Source: Malacoraja senta (taxonomy: Eukaryota). Taken from it: a stretch of 64,000 nucleotides of DNA. The DNA lies in assembly GCA_038087875.1 (NCBI GenBank), contig CM075981.1, positions 6,448,001 through 6,512,000 on the forward strand, read 5' to 3'. The notes under the pieces are model-generated. The model was not told the DNA's origin. It worked only from the letters and a program-made list of their open reading frames with translations, and did no database searches. Below are positions 1 to 15,200 of the stretch, piece by piece; positions within the stretch are counted from its first letter, which is position 1, and each line of letters opens with the position of its first letter. The position numbers and the translations under genes are program-made.

Positions 1-3000
1 TCAGAGGCACAAGCTTTGTCCTCCATCCAATGTTGGTGGTTCAATTGTAAACATTCTCACATGGGTCAAGGAAACCAATTTTAGCAAGTTCAGAGAAGAA
101 AAAAAAAAATCTGTAAAAAGTAACAAAGGATCCTAATGAATGAAAACGACTGACATAATTAACAGTAATACCTTCCGCCCCATCATAACCTCACAGATGT
201 TAGGACCAATGATCTGGATCACTGAACAATAGTAAAGTCTAGCAAGTGCAAAGACAATTATGAATGTTCTTAAGGTAGTGTTTTTTAAAGTTTTTTTTTT
301 TATAAAGAGAACCGTGTGGACAAATTGCTCACCTTACAAACACTGTTGACCCCCTTCCATTAATTGTCTGAAGGGTTTAAAGTAGTTTCTGCAGATAAGT
401 AAAAGGTGGAGCTCTTTTTCTCGGTTGGCGTTACTGAACTGCACAGAAGCTCCATCTCATTGAAACGATATCAGAACCGGGTGTACATACAATCCCCTTT
501 TACCCACCGACCCAGTGCAACAGTGAGGCACACCGACCATATTTTGCAGTGTAGTGATTTTATGATGTGGTGGCGTCCGAGTTCCATCCCTCTCAAGTAA
601 CCAACATTTAGCAGAATTGGAAATGGGATACCAAAGTTTGAAATGCAAGTGTAAAAGGGAGGTACATACTAGCGATCCGATACTTCTTCTCATCCAGATC
701 AGTTTTTACAGCACATGATTTATAAGACACTTTGGTCGGTAACTGAAGCAATCCTCTTTCAAACACAATACTAGTGGACAAAACCAAGAGATTAAAAAAG
801 ATAGCTTCAACATGTATTCAAGATGGTGTAGTCCTTGCAACACACTCAAGCCCTCAACGCATGTATGGCCACTCTAGTCACTGTAGCACTAACTCAAGAA
901 TCAGCACAACTATTGATCCCACATTGATTACATGCTACAGACTTGAGGGAATAAAGATGCAGCCTCCATAGATCAGGCTCGAGATGTTTACAGCCAGTTT
1001 CTCCCTTGCATTAAAATAGTTACGAGTCCAATCCCAGAGTTGTCCACTTCCAAAATATTCGTTGTTTATTTGTCCAACAACCCTACCTTCATCTCATCTT
1101 TCTCTCAACCATGTTAACAACTGTCCAAGGCAGAGTTAGACTAGATAGCAAAACAATTCAGGACCTCCATTTTACCTGGACTGATTAATCTATACTTGTC
1201 AAAATACCAAACTGCAAGATCATTCCGGCTATTAGCATGTAGTTTATACATATAATTAGTGTTCTCCATCATCAGATTTGTGAAAAGTGGAGTGATCAAT
1301 ACTGTCCTCAGTTCAGAATGGCTAAAGAACATTCAAATGGTGAAGTGCTATAATGGGTTTGAGAACACATGCTATTCATTATCAGAATTAATTGGAGTCC
1401 ATCTAACAACAGTGTTCATCATTCTAACAAGACTTACTCGCCTGTCCCAATTAAAAACAATTTAACATGCTATCCACATTATCCATCTTGCCTGTGTGAC
1501 AAAATTGAAAGTCTACTATGGTATGAAACTATACAGTGAAGGGCCAAATTTGAGCAATTTGTGTAGACTTGCATTGGCTAGATATCATACTGTGAAGGAC
1601 AACAATCTCAGGAGGGCAACTACTCACTGAAAGTTATGTTCATGATGAAAGTGCACAATACTTTAAAAGTAATACGTATAAAAGACAAGGAAACATATCC
1701 TGGGGCTGGGGGGGGGGGGCAAGAGAAAATACAATTCAGCAGTTGTACAAAAATGAAAGATTCAATCACCCAATTTGCACTTTGCCAGAACAGAATGGAG
1801 TGTAAGAGATGTCCTTATCACATTTAAGAGCTCAATGACCAGACACTTGGAAAAATGTTGATCTCCAGTTTGTTTATGGCCGACCAACGTGCCATTTTCT
1901 CAGCAGCTACAAACTGACAAGTGGACAGACAGGTTACAGAAGCAAGTAAACAAAACAGGTGATCATCAACTTGGTTCTTCTAATAGCTAAAACGGAGCAA
2001 TGTGCAACAGCAGAAAATGTAGTGTTTAATACTAGACAATTCGTAGGGCACTCAAATCAGGAGGGGTCCCATGGTCAAATTTCTCAGAAGCCCTTTTGAG
2101 GGAAGACCAGGGCCAGAGCAACCTCGTTTTCCACCTCCATCTTGAGACGACTGTGTTCAGATCCAATGCCGAAGAATTCACAACAAGGCAAACATACAGA
2201 ATATTAGTAACTAAGAGCACTGAAAAGACAGAGACTTAAAGGCACAATCGGATCCTGTTTTATACTTAAATTCTGTGCATTTCTTCTTTTGATCAACACA
2301 TTTTTTTTTTTAGCTTGAACTAAACAATGATAATGTGCAAAGTGATAGTGTTCATGAAAGTCTTCAACAGGATCCTGATCCACAAGTAAAAATTCCAAGC
2401 AAGCTTAAGGGTAGAAAAGCAGATGGTCTTTTTTTAAAAGAGCACCTTCCAGATACTACCATTGACACACTGTTAAGCTCAAGAGCACCATTGTCATTCC
2501 CCACACATCGAAATGCAGACAAAACAAACGGCAGAGCTCTGAATTCCCCAACGCGTCATAGAAACTAACATATAAAATTAGTGCAAAATGACACTATTTG
2601 TGGAAGAAAAATAAGTGCCAGAATACAAAAAAAAAGATTAGAATGAAACACAAATATAAAAAAAACCAAGAGCCGAACGTTTAAAGTTGCTTTTCCTCTT
2701 CTCCCTCCGCATACAACAGCTGCAGTTCCCAATCACTCGAATACATGCAGGAGTTTGAATGGTTTAGAGTGAAAGAGGAAAGAGGCGAGCTATGTTCCTC
2801 TGCATCTTCTACTTAAGGCATTCCGTGACAACCCATAACCCTAAACAAGATTTGCTCAAACACACTGTGGGGGGGGGGGGGGGAGAGCAAAGAATTCTAT
2901 GCATCAAGTCTCAAACAGTTCTATTATTTCATCACCAAGTCAAAAGAATAAAAATATCAAGTTTTACTGCATAGCAGATAGTAAACAGTTATGCTGGACT

Positions 3001-3116
3001 AGTGTTAATACTGATACTGGGGGGGTCAAAGAACTGGGTTCTTTTTGACCCATCCCACCACCCCAAACCCCACCAAGGTTAGACATTTCCTGCAGATCCA
3101 CAGTGCCTGCAGCACT
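1..3116 (-). other. Probable long DSTYK 3' UTR (end not defined; candidate AATAAA on minus strand at 1065-1070)
   Basis: Directly follows the stop codon; ~3.1 kb with no recognisable SINE/LINE copies, unlike every intron. Confidence 0.55.
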
Positions 3117-3298
3117 TCATGTCGAGCCGTCTCTGCGCTGCTGCCCAGAACTGCTTTTACAGAGCCTGTCCGTGATGCTTTGAAGGATGGGTTGAACAAT
3201 TCCAAGTAAGGGTCTCTGAGTGGGGTCACCGCTCCAACAAGCTTCCATTAGTTGCCAGCATTCCTCGTCAAATGCAGGGAGCCGTTCGGGTCTTGCAC
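3117..3298 (-). CDS. DSTYK: DSTYK exon 13 coding part with stop TGA
   Basis: TAG|(G)[59 protein letters not shown]. Confidence 0.96.
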
Positions 3299-6200
3299 CT
3301 AGGATCACAATCAAACACAAGGCTGCCATTCGGTTTATCGAGACTGCACAAAGGTGGGAGAATCAAAGGTGTTTCGGCACCGTGACACATCGGGTAGTGT
3401 TGCTGCCTCACAGCGCCAGAGACCCGGTTTTGATCCAGACTACGGTTGCTGTCTGAACAGGGTTTGCACGTTCTCCCTGTGACCTGCGTGGGTTCGGTTT
3501 CGGCTTGGTAAAATTGTAATTTGTCCCTCGCGTGTGTAGGATAGTGTTAGTGTGCAGGGATGGCTGGTCGGCACGGACTCAGTGGGCCGAAGGGCCTGCT
3601 TTCATGCTGTAGCTCTAAACTAAACCCAGACTACATTAACATGTTATCCATATCCAATTTCTGCAGCAAGATGCAAGCTCAGAAATCCCTTGTCCAAATC
3701 TGCCCATCTCTTCCCCAACTCTCATTTTAAAAAATGCCATGAACTTCTACTCTGACCCAAATAACATTCTGCTATCTTGCACACTTGCCGATTAATGCAA
3801 GTGGCTGAGGGAAACGCCAATTGATTTAATCGTAACGTGCAAAGTTAGAGGAACGTTTAATAATTACCTTTCTTTACATTGGTCCACAGCTGATCTTTGC
3901 TTGAACATTTCTCAAAAGCTTCCGGCAGTTTAATTGTACCCGTGCAGAGATACCAGAAAAGGATTCCAAATGCATACACATCCACAGAATTATCGTACTT
4001 CCCTGAAGAGGGGCGGGAAAGGAAGAAAAATAAGCATCATAATCTTAAGGCATGACAGCACATAACACCGATATAGGTGCCACAATAGCACAGTAGATTG
4101 AGCCGCTACAACGCATGAATCAGAGCTTAATCCTAATCTTGGCTGCTGTCTGTGTGGAGTCTATACGCTCTTCTTGTGACTGCTGGAATTTCACCAAGCC
4201 AGAAGTGCTCTGGCTTCCTCCTACATCCCAAAAGCATGCAGGTTGGTGGGTTAATTGGTCAGTGTAAACGGCCCCTAGTATGCAGGCGAGTTGTGTTATC
4301 TGCAAGCTAGGGAAATGTTGGGCAATTTTTTTTTAATAGGATGAGTGTAAATGGGGTGTTTGATGGGTTAGTATGAATCCAGTGGGGTGAAGGGCCAGTT
4401 CCTGTGCTCACTCTCAATGACCAGATTATGTGAATGCACATGAAGGGCTGAATAGCCTGTACTGTTCTGTTAACCAGGCCTTTCCTACAAAAGCAGTCAA
4501 GTAAATGATCAAGCAGAGGACCCTTATAATAGGGACTCGAAGAGTGCACACAAACGGTCGTGGTGGTATGGAACGAGCTGCCAGAGGAGGGAGTCGAGGC
4601 AGGTACTATCACAACTTTTGAGAAACATTTAGACTGGTACACAGATAGGATAGGTGTAGAGGGATATCAGCCAAACACAGGCAGCTGGGATGAGTGTAGA
4701 TGGGGCATGCTAGTCGGTGTGGGCAAGTTGGGCCAAAGGGCCTGTGAGATTCTAGGATTGACAATCCACTGTTGAAGCAACAGACCTGAGAACAGCTCGG
4801 GTGCCATGTGTATAGGGGTCCCCACGATGCTCCCAGACATCATTGCCTCGGGCTTGCAGAATCCCAGGTCTGTAATTTTGGCCCGATTTTGCTTATCCAA
4901 CTTTGGGATTAAAAAAGAGAAACAAAATACATCATGTTGAAAGCATCTTGCACAACCCAGGGGGCAAGAAAGAGTGATATAGTCATCGTGTGAAGCCGCC
5001 ACACTGCTCAGCGCCAAACAATACGACTGAATATTACCCACTTGAGAATGAATTACAACTGATAATGGAAATCAGTCTGCACAGGTAAAGGTATAGGCAA
5101 AACAAGGGATCCAACCCGAAACGTCACCCATCCTTTTTCTCCAAAGGTCGTGGTTCCGACTCAAAATGTCACCCATCCTTTTCCTCCCGAATCGTCACCC
5201 ATTTTCTCCAGACACGCTGCCTGGCCTGTCAAGTTACTCCAGCACTTTGTGTCCTTTAAGTTAACATGCCCAGCTACTTATTAATGTAGAAAATGAAGTG
5301 GTGCAGGCTAGTTGGTGCCAACAATAACATCAGTTGAAACAAGTATCCTGTGCATTTTGATATCCTCTCCCATTACCCACTCATACTCCACCATCTTGTC
5401 AATAATTCTTGTGTTGTGTTGATTTCTTTGTCAAAGCTAGTGCTGTTGGTGACAGTTTAACTTTAGAACGTGATATCTTCATGTTCATAAGTGACAGGAG
5501 CAGAATTAGGCCATTCAGCCCATCAAGTCCACACCGCCATTCAATCATGGCTGATCTATCTTTCCCTCCTAACCCCATTCTCCTGCCTTCTTCGACACCC
5601 AAACTAATCAAGAATATATCTATCTCTGCCTTAAAAATATTCATTGACTTTGCTTTCACAGCCTTCTTGTTTTAGGTTGGGGGATTTGTGTCATGCTGTT
5701 TGTGTAAAATATTCAAACAGGGCAGGGCAGTGGCATAGCAGTAGAGTGGTGCAGTAGTAAAGTTGCTGCCTTAGAGCGCCAGAGATCCGGGTTCAATCCT
5801 GAGGGTGTTGACTATACGGAGCTTGTACGTTCTCTCCGTGACCGCGCAGATTTTCTCCGGTTCTCCAGTTTCCTCCCACATTCCAAAAGTGTACAGGTTT
5901 GTAGGTTAATTGGCTTCGTAGAATTGCAAATTGTCCCTAGCGTGCAGGATAGTGTTAGTGTGCAAGGATCGCTGGTCGGCGTGGACACGGTGGGCCGAAG
6001 GGCCCGTTTCCACACTGTAACTCTAAATTAAACCTCTTTTGTTAATGACAAAAGCAAACTTGATAGTATTGTAAAGTTTATATTGGTCTGGACAAGTTAA
6101 TCACTCAAGTACTGCTTTCTTAACAACATGTCGACACAGATATTAGTGGCTGTGATTCATTGACGTCTTTGCTATAGAGTTAAAAATAGATATGTGCTAC

Positions 6201-9200
6201 CCCCATCATATTTATTTCAGTCTTCATAAGAAGATTTCTCACACTTTCTAACACTACAGGCGTCACTAGCATTATTTCATGGTTGACTTATAAACCACTA
6301 TTTATTCACAATCCAAAGCAATTCACAAGGTTTTTAGGATCCAGTCTACACAAGTTCACTGTTTCCTGTACATTATGAAAACAGCGCATCAAATGTATTT
6401 GGAAAGGAAAGAATTTTCCCAAACGTTCCAGCAAGTCATTTTCCTTCAACCAAAAATATAATCCGACTTCCCAATCATACCACCAAGTTTACTACACACA
6501 AGGCGGTGGATGTACCCACAGATCAAACAGCAAGCCTTGGGCCAACATGTCTAATGGTCTGACGCTGTGCTGTTACTTTCTACGTCACCAAACATAAAGG
6601 GGCTCCGTTGAGCGAAATGATCGCTCAGTCTACGCTTGGTCTCACCGATGTATAAGAGTCCATATCTTGAACAACAGATACAGTAGCAAAAGCAAGTTGC
6701 TTTTGTCTGCTGGCTCATTTTAAATCCATTGTTAGGGCTTAGATGACTCATTTTTGAGATAGAATCACGTATGCACTGTAAAAGAAAAAACTCTAATGTT
6801 ATATATATTTAAAACAAATAGCTTGATCATATCCATACGCAAGAACAAATTAAGATTTGTTCTTCTGTCAGATGCATTTGCGTCATTCCCCTTTCAACCT
6901 CACTGCTTCCTTTATTGCATCTTCCTATGTAATTTATAATGCTAGATAAAGAATAAAATACACCAGGAGCAGAACAGAGAATCAATAACAATAGAAAAAT
7001 TAAATAGAAACAGAATGATCACCCTGACAAATGCCAAATTAAATTGGCAATAATTCTTCCAGGTTGTGCAAGCAATGACTTAACATCTGAACCCTCATTT
7101 TGAACTTAGCAATAAATGGAATCAACTTCCAGACCGTTTTCCACTTAATTGAAGATCGTCACAGAGACACCACGACGATTGCGCCTCAAGTCACGGCACC
7201 CCTTTGCCACGCAAGCCCAAGAGCTGCTCTGCACAACACCGGCTGACACTTCTAAGGCTGCCTGGGTCAAGACAAGATGGAGAGACCAGTGGAAGTCAGC
7301 GGAACCATCTAGGCTACACCATTACATCGATGACCCCATGGACGTCCCTGGCCAGGACCTTCCCCCAAAAGCAGTGGACAACCCTCAACCGCTTGAGGAC
7401 AGGCATCGGACGCTTTGGAGTAGCGATGAAGAGGTGGGGCCTCGTGGACAGCGAGCGCCTCCTGCGAGTGTGGGGACCCAACACAGACAGTGGAGCACAT
7501 AGTCACCAGTTGCCCCAAACACCGGCCACCGAATGGTGAACGAGGTCTGATTGACCTGGACGATGACACGTTGGCCTGGCTCGCCTCAACGGAGCTGCAG
7601 GTCTAAAAGACACACGACAGAAGAAGATGGACACAAAATGTTGGAGTAACTCAGTGGGTACAGGCAGCTTCTCTGGAGAGAAGGAATGGGTGATGTTTCG
7701 GGTTGAGACCATTCTTCAGACACAATGCTGGAGTAATTCAGCAGGGCAGGCCGCATCTTCAGAGAGAAGGAATGGGTCACGTTTCGTGTCGAGACCCTTT
7801 TAACTTGGCTACCAAACGGAATGTCAGCTTGAAGAGACTATTTTGCAATTAGACTCAAAAGATGGTATTTAGATCGCATCACATTATGAAATTAAGTAAT
7901 TTTGTATTATGCGAGCTCAAAGATCCTTGTGCTTTCATAGGACAGGTATCAAATTGTCAAATTTCACACCAGCCATGGATACAGTGTTACCAATGATGTG
8001 TTGTGGGTCTACATCTAACATAATATTAAAATGACGCCAGTCCATCTAATATCGCTTTCTTGGAGTAACAGAAAGCATCTTTGGGGTGGCACGGTTGGCA
8101 CAGCGGTAGAGTTGCTGCCTCACAGCGTCAGTGACCTGGGTTCGATCCCGACTACGGGTGCTGTCTGTACGGACTTTATACGTTCTCCCATGACTGTGTG
8201 GGTTTTCTCCGGGTGCTCCGGTTTCCTCCCACACTCCAAAGACATACAGGTTTGTAGGCTAATTGACTTGGTAAAATTGTAAACTGTCCCTAGCGGGTGT
8301 GTGGGGACTGCTAGTCAGCACGGACCCGGTGAGCTGAAGGGCCTGTTTCCATGCTGTAACTAAACACTAAATCTACTTGCATTGTATTCCAAAGAGGCAT
8401 GGGGGGGGGGGGGAGAGAAACAAAAGAGGGAATATACAGGCTTATGTGGCTTGAAAATAAGAGAGAAACCTTGACTGAACACCAAATAAAATGCAGAAAT
8501 ACTGACCCAAACCACACTAGAAGCCCATCAACACAACTGAAGCTGGAATAAGATGTTTATCTCCTCTGTCCCCACACCACATTCTCTCATCATAAAACCG
8601 GAATAAACTCTACCGCTGTAACCCCATTTACAAATTATACATTTAATAATGTGACAGGGATCAAATCAGAATCAGAATGCTTTATTGTCATTGCATGTGT
8701 CACATACAACGAGATTACTGTGTCTCTCCATTTAAAAGAACTTCAAACATTCACATACTCATACTTTTTACACTCCCTCCCTCCCCAAACCCACCCATGG
8801 ATTCACATTTACATAAATTAACACCGTCTCCCACCCCCCCTCCTTCCCCATAACCCGCTCCTGAGACTCTCCCACCCCCCCTCCTTCCCCATAACCCGCT
8901 CCCGAAAAAATGCTATCTTTTGAGTAAGAACGTTGCATAAAGCAGAAATTGTGAAGGTAGGAAGAGTTTTAAAATTTGTATATCAACTCGTAATATACAA
9001 ATAAACAGCTACACAACCAACAGAAAGGGACTGCAGATGCTGGTTTACACTGAAGATAGGCGCAGAGTGCTGGAGCAACTCAGCGGAAGTTACATTTGGA
9101 TCTGAGCCCTTCTTCAAACGTCAGCATTGTGAATCTATTTAGAGAAATATTGAAGCAGAGGAACTAGAGTATTTCAAAATTACAAAAACTGTGCAAACAT

Positions 9201-12200
9201 AATGAATGAAGCATGATTGTTCTCTTAAAACGGGATATTTGATCAAAAAGGAAAGGTTTGAATAAATCTAGGAGAAACTATCCTGAGTAATAGATCAGTG
9301 GTGAAGGATTTAAAATAGCTGGTCCAAAGCAAAGAAACGCAATAGGAGGAAAAATTATTCTATGTATTAACTAATTTGAGAATTACATTGCCAGATGAAA
9401 GGAAACGAATGGCTTCAATAGTAGCTGTCACAAGGGAATTGGGTAAAACCTCAGATTAAAATTATGAAAGGCCATCTCTTTTGCACTTGCATTTTCCCCA
9501 AAGAGCCAGCAGAAAGAGTGGACCGAGAGCTGCCTTCGACATAGAAAATAGATGCAGGAGTAGGCCATTCAGCCCTTTGAGCCAGCACCGCCATTCAATA
9601 TGATCATGGCTGATCATCCAAAGTCTGTCCCCCGTTCCTGCTTTTTCCCCGCTCATATCCCTGATTCCGTTAGCCCCAAGTGCTATATTTAACTCTCTTG
9701 AAAACAGCCAGTGAATTGGCCTCCATTGCCTGTGGCAGAGAATTCTACAGATTCACAACTCTGGGTGAAAACATTTTTCCTCATCTTAGTCCTAAATGGC
9801 CTATCCCTTATTCTTAAACTGTGACCCCGGGTTCTGGACTCCAACATCGGGAGCATTTTTCCTGCATCTAGCCTGTCCAATCCCGTAAGAATTTTATGTT
9901 TCTATAAGATCCTGTCTCATCCTTCTAAATTCCAGTGAATATAAGGCCAGTCGAACCATTCTTTCATCATGTCAGTCCCGCCATCTCAGGAAATAACGTG
10001 GTGAACCTAATAGCAGGTCCCTCAATAGCAAGGATGTCCTTCCTCAAATTAGGAGACCAAAACTGCACACAATACTCCAGGTGTGGTCTCACCAGGACCC
10101 TGTACAACTGCAGGACCTCCTTTCTCCTATACTCAAATCCTCTCGCTATGAAGGCCAACATGCAATTTGCTTTCTTCACTGCCTGCTGTACCTGCATGCT
10201 TACTTTCAGTGATTGATGTACAAGGACACCCAGGACTCATTGCACCTCCCCTTTTCCTAATCTGACACCATTCAGATAATAATATGCCTTCCTGTGCTTG
10301 CCACCAAAGTGGTTAACCTCACATTTATCCACATTATATTGATCTGCATCTTCTATGCCCGATGACCACATAAACAGAATGGGAATCAATCCATGAAAAA
10401 CGGATTAGTCCTTTTCTATACGGTGACTTTCACTAGAGGGAAATAAGTGGGGTGGCTCAGCGGTAGAGTTGCTGCCCCACAGCAGCAGAGATATGGCTTC
10501 AAACGTGACCACGGGTGCTGTCTGTACAGAGTTTGGACATTATCCTCATGACCAAGTGTTTTCTTCGGGAGTTCTGGTTTCCACCCACATTCCGAAGATG
10601 TTTGTTGGCTAATTTGGCTCAGTAAAAATTGTAAATTGTCCCTAATGTGTAGGATAGTGATCACGGGGTGATCACTGGTCAGCACTGTCTCAGTGGGCCA
10701 AAGGGCCTGTTTCCGTGCTGTAACTCTAAACAAAACTAAAGTGTTGTACGGAATTATGCTGCAATTCTTCACGTTTTTCTTCAGGAGATCACAAATGCAT
10801 AAAGGCAAAGAAAGTTAGATTTTAGACAGCACAAGTCCCAATATGGAAGCAATCGTCACCCAATAACAAATCAAAGAGCAACGAAATTGAAGCAAGAAAG
10901 TTCACCTTACCAAAACATTTTTCAATTTAATGTCTCGATGAACAAGTCCTTGTCGGTGGAGAAACCGTATACCCTCCACAACGTCAAGAGCAATCTGTAA
11001 ACGTACTTCAAGCTTCAGGCCAGACTAGAATTTGGGGGCGGAAAACAAGTTTAGATTTTTTTTGACATCTCAGAGTTTATCAATTGTGCCGCAAAATGTT
11101 ACAGGTAAACAGCTGAATGGCATTTAAACAGCAGCTTAATAAACAGAACGACAAAAAATCAACTGGGTTGCCAGTTTTCCATCAACCTGCCCAATAAACA
11201 GTTAGCCTCCGGAAAAACACTCATCCATTACTGCCAACATTGGTGTATCAGATTTGAAATGGTATTGCATCATGGAAAATACTTTCCTTGGGGAAGATTA
11301 ATAAACAAAGTTGGGGAGAGGAGCCTGGTAAATCATCTCAAAATTTTGTAAGTGAAATCAAGAAACATCTTACTTTACAGAGATCAAACTAAATTGAAAC
11401 TCTTCCACTGATTTAATTGGAAGAATTGAAACGTATCATTGGATATTTGTTGAAAAAGATATCAAAAGTAGAAAGATGATTAACTGAAGTTGATCATTCA
11501 GGATTTAACTGAATGGCAGAGGAAACGCAAAAGGCTGAAAGGTCGAATTTGACAAAGCCAAACAAAACCTTTAAGAGTAAGATACACAAAAAGCTGGAGT
11601 AAATCAGCAGGTGAAGCAGTATGTCTGGAGGAAAGGAATAGGTGACATTTCAGGAAACAACAGAGAAGGGTCTCGACACGAAATGTCACCTATTCCTTTT
11701 CTCCAGAGATGCTGCCCGACCTGCTGAATTACTCGAGCTGTGAGTGTCTATCTTCGTTTTAAACCTGCATCTGCAGGTCCTTCCTATACTTCAAGAGGAG
11801 TGAGTCAGGTTTCTCAAGTTTACCTTCAGCCCAGCATATAGATCTCTGTGCAATCTCTCCATGATTAACAGGACCGCAATGCTGGAGCCACCTCCATAAC
11901 TGTAGTCTATAACAGACCCATGAAGGTCAACTAGCCGCTCGTGCTTAGGTAAAGATCTACAAGAGGGAAAAAATATTAAAATTATGAAGATTCAACTGCA
12001 CCGGGCGAATATTACCAACACGTAAAGTTAAATAATCAATATACCCTTCTTCCCTTCATTTGTACAGAAAGAGCTTGGAAATAGCAGCACATAACCTATT
12101 CGTCTGCAACATTCAAATAAAAGTGATTCCCAAACTCAAGTACGTTCAGATCTCAATATAACTTCCACACTTGGTTCTAAATCTCAATAGGACTCTTTCA

Positions 12201-15200
12201 TCCACCCTGTGCACCCACACCCATCCCGAACTTAGTTTAACCATTCAAACCTTTTCACTGTGATCTTGGCTGATCATCCATATTCAGTTTCCCATTCCTA
12301 CTCTTCCCCTTCCCCCCCCCCCCCCCCACCCCAGAATATTGATCGCTTTGACCGTTTAACAGCTGGATTGCAGTGACTCGCATAAAGCACTCCAGTAGTA
12401 ATTTACCACAATTACTGACAAAAGGATTTTTACAGCTTGGAAAATTATAGTCAAGTATCAACTCAAGTTTTTACATTTCTGCAGTCTTCCCATATTAAGT
12501 ATATGGGGCGGTAGAGTTGCTGCCTAACAGCACCAGAGACCCAGGCTCGATTTAAAAGATATTTGGATAGGTACATGGATAGGATACATTGGGAGAGCTA
12601 TGGGCCAAACGGGACGAGTTTAGATGGGGTATCTTGGTTGGCATGGATGAGTTGAAGCAAAGGATCAGCTTCTGTGCTGGAAAGCTCTATGATAATCATA
12701 AATCTGGCAAAGTAATGACGAAAGGGAAAAACTACATTGGCAGAACAGTTACAAACACCAGACAAGGAATTAAACTCCTTTTATTTGAATGAACGGTACA
12801 AGATCAAACTTGAAACACGTTCAGGCTCTGGATAACTAATGTAACTGCCTGGTGAAATTTCAATGGCAACTTTAATTTAATTTAGACATACAGCATGGAA
12901 ATAAGCCCTTTGGCCCACCACATGAACACTCGGGCTATCCTACACACTAGGGACAATTTACAGAAGTTAACAAACTGACAAACCTGCATTTATTTGGAAT
13001 GTGGGAGGAAACCGGAGCACCCGGAGAAAACCTACATGGCCGCATGGTGCAAACCGCATACAAACAGCACCCGTAGTGAGGTTTGAACGCGGATCTCTGG
13101 TGTTTTAAGGCAGCAACTCTATCACTGCGCCACCCTTCTGTGGAGCTTGTACCTGGTGTAGTGGAATTCTAGTGCAAGGTCGTTCCAATGCTTGTCATCT
13201 GGAGGCACGACAGATTTGAGAGCACAGGGAGAGTGACCGGCCCAGTTGTCACAGAGATAAACCACTCCATATTGGCCACGGCCCAGCTCCCATCCCAGTT
13301 TAGGTTTACCTGTGTTACGGAAGCAACGAGCGTTAGACTAGTCTGGAAACATGGAACTGCAGATGCTGCTTTGCAACAAAGTGCTGGAGTAACACACGGG
13401 TCAGGCAGTATCTCTGGAGAACATAGATAGGTGACATTTCAGACTGAATAAAGTGCCCGACCTAAAATACCGCCTATCCAAGTACTGCAGGGATGCTGCC
13501 TGACCCTTGTGTTAATCCAGCACAAAGTTACTCCAGCACAAAGTTACATTAGACCAATTTTTTTTCTTGCTTCAGAAAGGATAAATTATCACGTTTACCA
13601 GAACAATTAAAAACCATCTAATATCCAAGTGAACAATGAACCAGCTTGAAGCACTTCACAGAAAAGGATGGTCGAAATCTGAAACTGGCCAGCCAACTCC
13701 CATCCCCATACAAAATGTGAAGTCAGAAGTGAACTGAAAATTAAGAACGTGGATTGATGCCTTTTTGTTGAGGTCATGAAGAGACATGAATTGGCCTCAT
13801 TCTTTTGAGCAGGGTTAAAAAGCAGTGAACCATCACCTAACTTGAAATTGGAGATGGAGATGGCTCCAGAGGCTGAAGCTCTGCTCCTGCAACAATGTGC
13901 CTGATATCATAGATTTTTGAAACTAGAGGCAGTTCTGTTATCATGCGTTTCCATAAGGCAAATTGAATGCAACATGTTTGGGGGAATTAGGGAACACTTG
14001 GTATTAACCAGGATGAACTGGTTGTAATGCAATTTCTAGTGCTGTTCCAGAGAGCCACTTAAAAGTTACTTTGAAAGTTGACAATCAGTAAAGCAGTCTA
14101 TGTAGATTTTAAAAAATGTTCCCAAGGAACCTCCACAAAGTAATCAAGACCCTTGTCTCTTAAGTATCTCTGTTTCACCATCGGTAGTCATTGGAATTGA
14201 CAATGACTTCAGTTAATACGTGCAATGATACCCATTTAAATAAAAAATACAGCTTTAGTATTTTTAGCTTAGAGTAGCAAAAACTAAAATTATAGCTATT
14301 GAAGAGAACTTTATTTTTGAAAATTGTGCAGGTAAATGTACAAAATACGTTACTGTAATCAGAAACTCTAACCCCCAACCATCTCACCCCCCCACCACCC
14401 ATTGACAACGCTGCTTTTAAGCACAATTTTCAATATTGTTTCTTAGAAGCACAATTGTCACATTTTAGCACTGCTATTGGTATATTACTGTGCACATACT
14501 CTCCATTAGCAACTTGACATAATATGGATGAAAATCATGTGAACACAAAGAAAGCATTTTTATTGATGTTCTTGTAAACATTTCTACTCCAGGTAGAAAT
14601 CCGTCACTTGCACTTTATGTGCAAGTGACGAATAAAACTGATATTGATTGATTGATTGATTGATCGAGGTAATATTCAGCACCTCCAAAAGTCAAAGCCC
14701 ATGGTCAAGACTGAAAGAACAATGATTCAATTCAATGATACCTTGTCACTTAGTTTTGCGTACAACTTAGTGGAATCGTACAGCAGGCCTCACCCTAGGC
14801 AGTGCACAAGTGTCCCACGCTTTGGCGCTGACAGAGTTGCAAGCTTACCATGCAGCAGCAAGTCCCGGAGTGAACGGCTTTCCAATGAAAGGCGCGCTAG
14901 TCGTGGGGCATGGTCTTTCCGTACCTTTAGCCAGAGATCTTCTGTCCTTTCAAGTTTTCCTGACAGCCCCGTTTCAAGCTGCAGTGCAACAGCAGAGAAT
15001 AACAAACCATTCAAATAATTTTATGGGGAAGATGCATTTCGAGGCACATTTAATTAAAGCACATGCAGGACATGTAGAAACAAAGAGCAAATGCTGGCTA
15101 AATACACAAAAACGACACAAAGTGCTGGAGTAACTCAGCAGGTGAGGCAGCATTTCTGGAGAACACGAATCCAGAGATGCTGCCTGACGTGCTGAGTGAC

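Noticed and set aside
2032-2568. Short ORFs downstream of the DSTYK stop
   Set aside because: No homology or exon signals; consistent with UTR sequence.
8084-8160. tRNA-like A/B box sequences
   Set aside because: These are heads of V-SINEs followed by V-domain and LINE tail, not tRNA genes.
8826-8903. ~42-bp tandem duplication (also 19 bp at ~45502-45544 and 16 bp at ~13517-13548)
   Set aside because: Ordinary local slippage duplications with no further structure.
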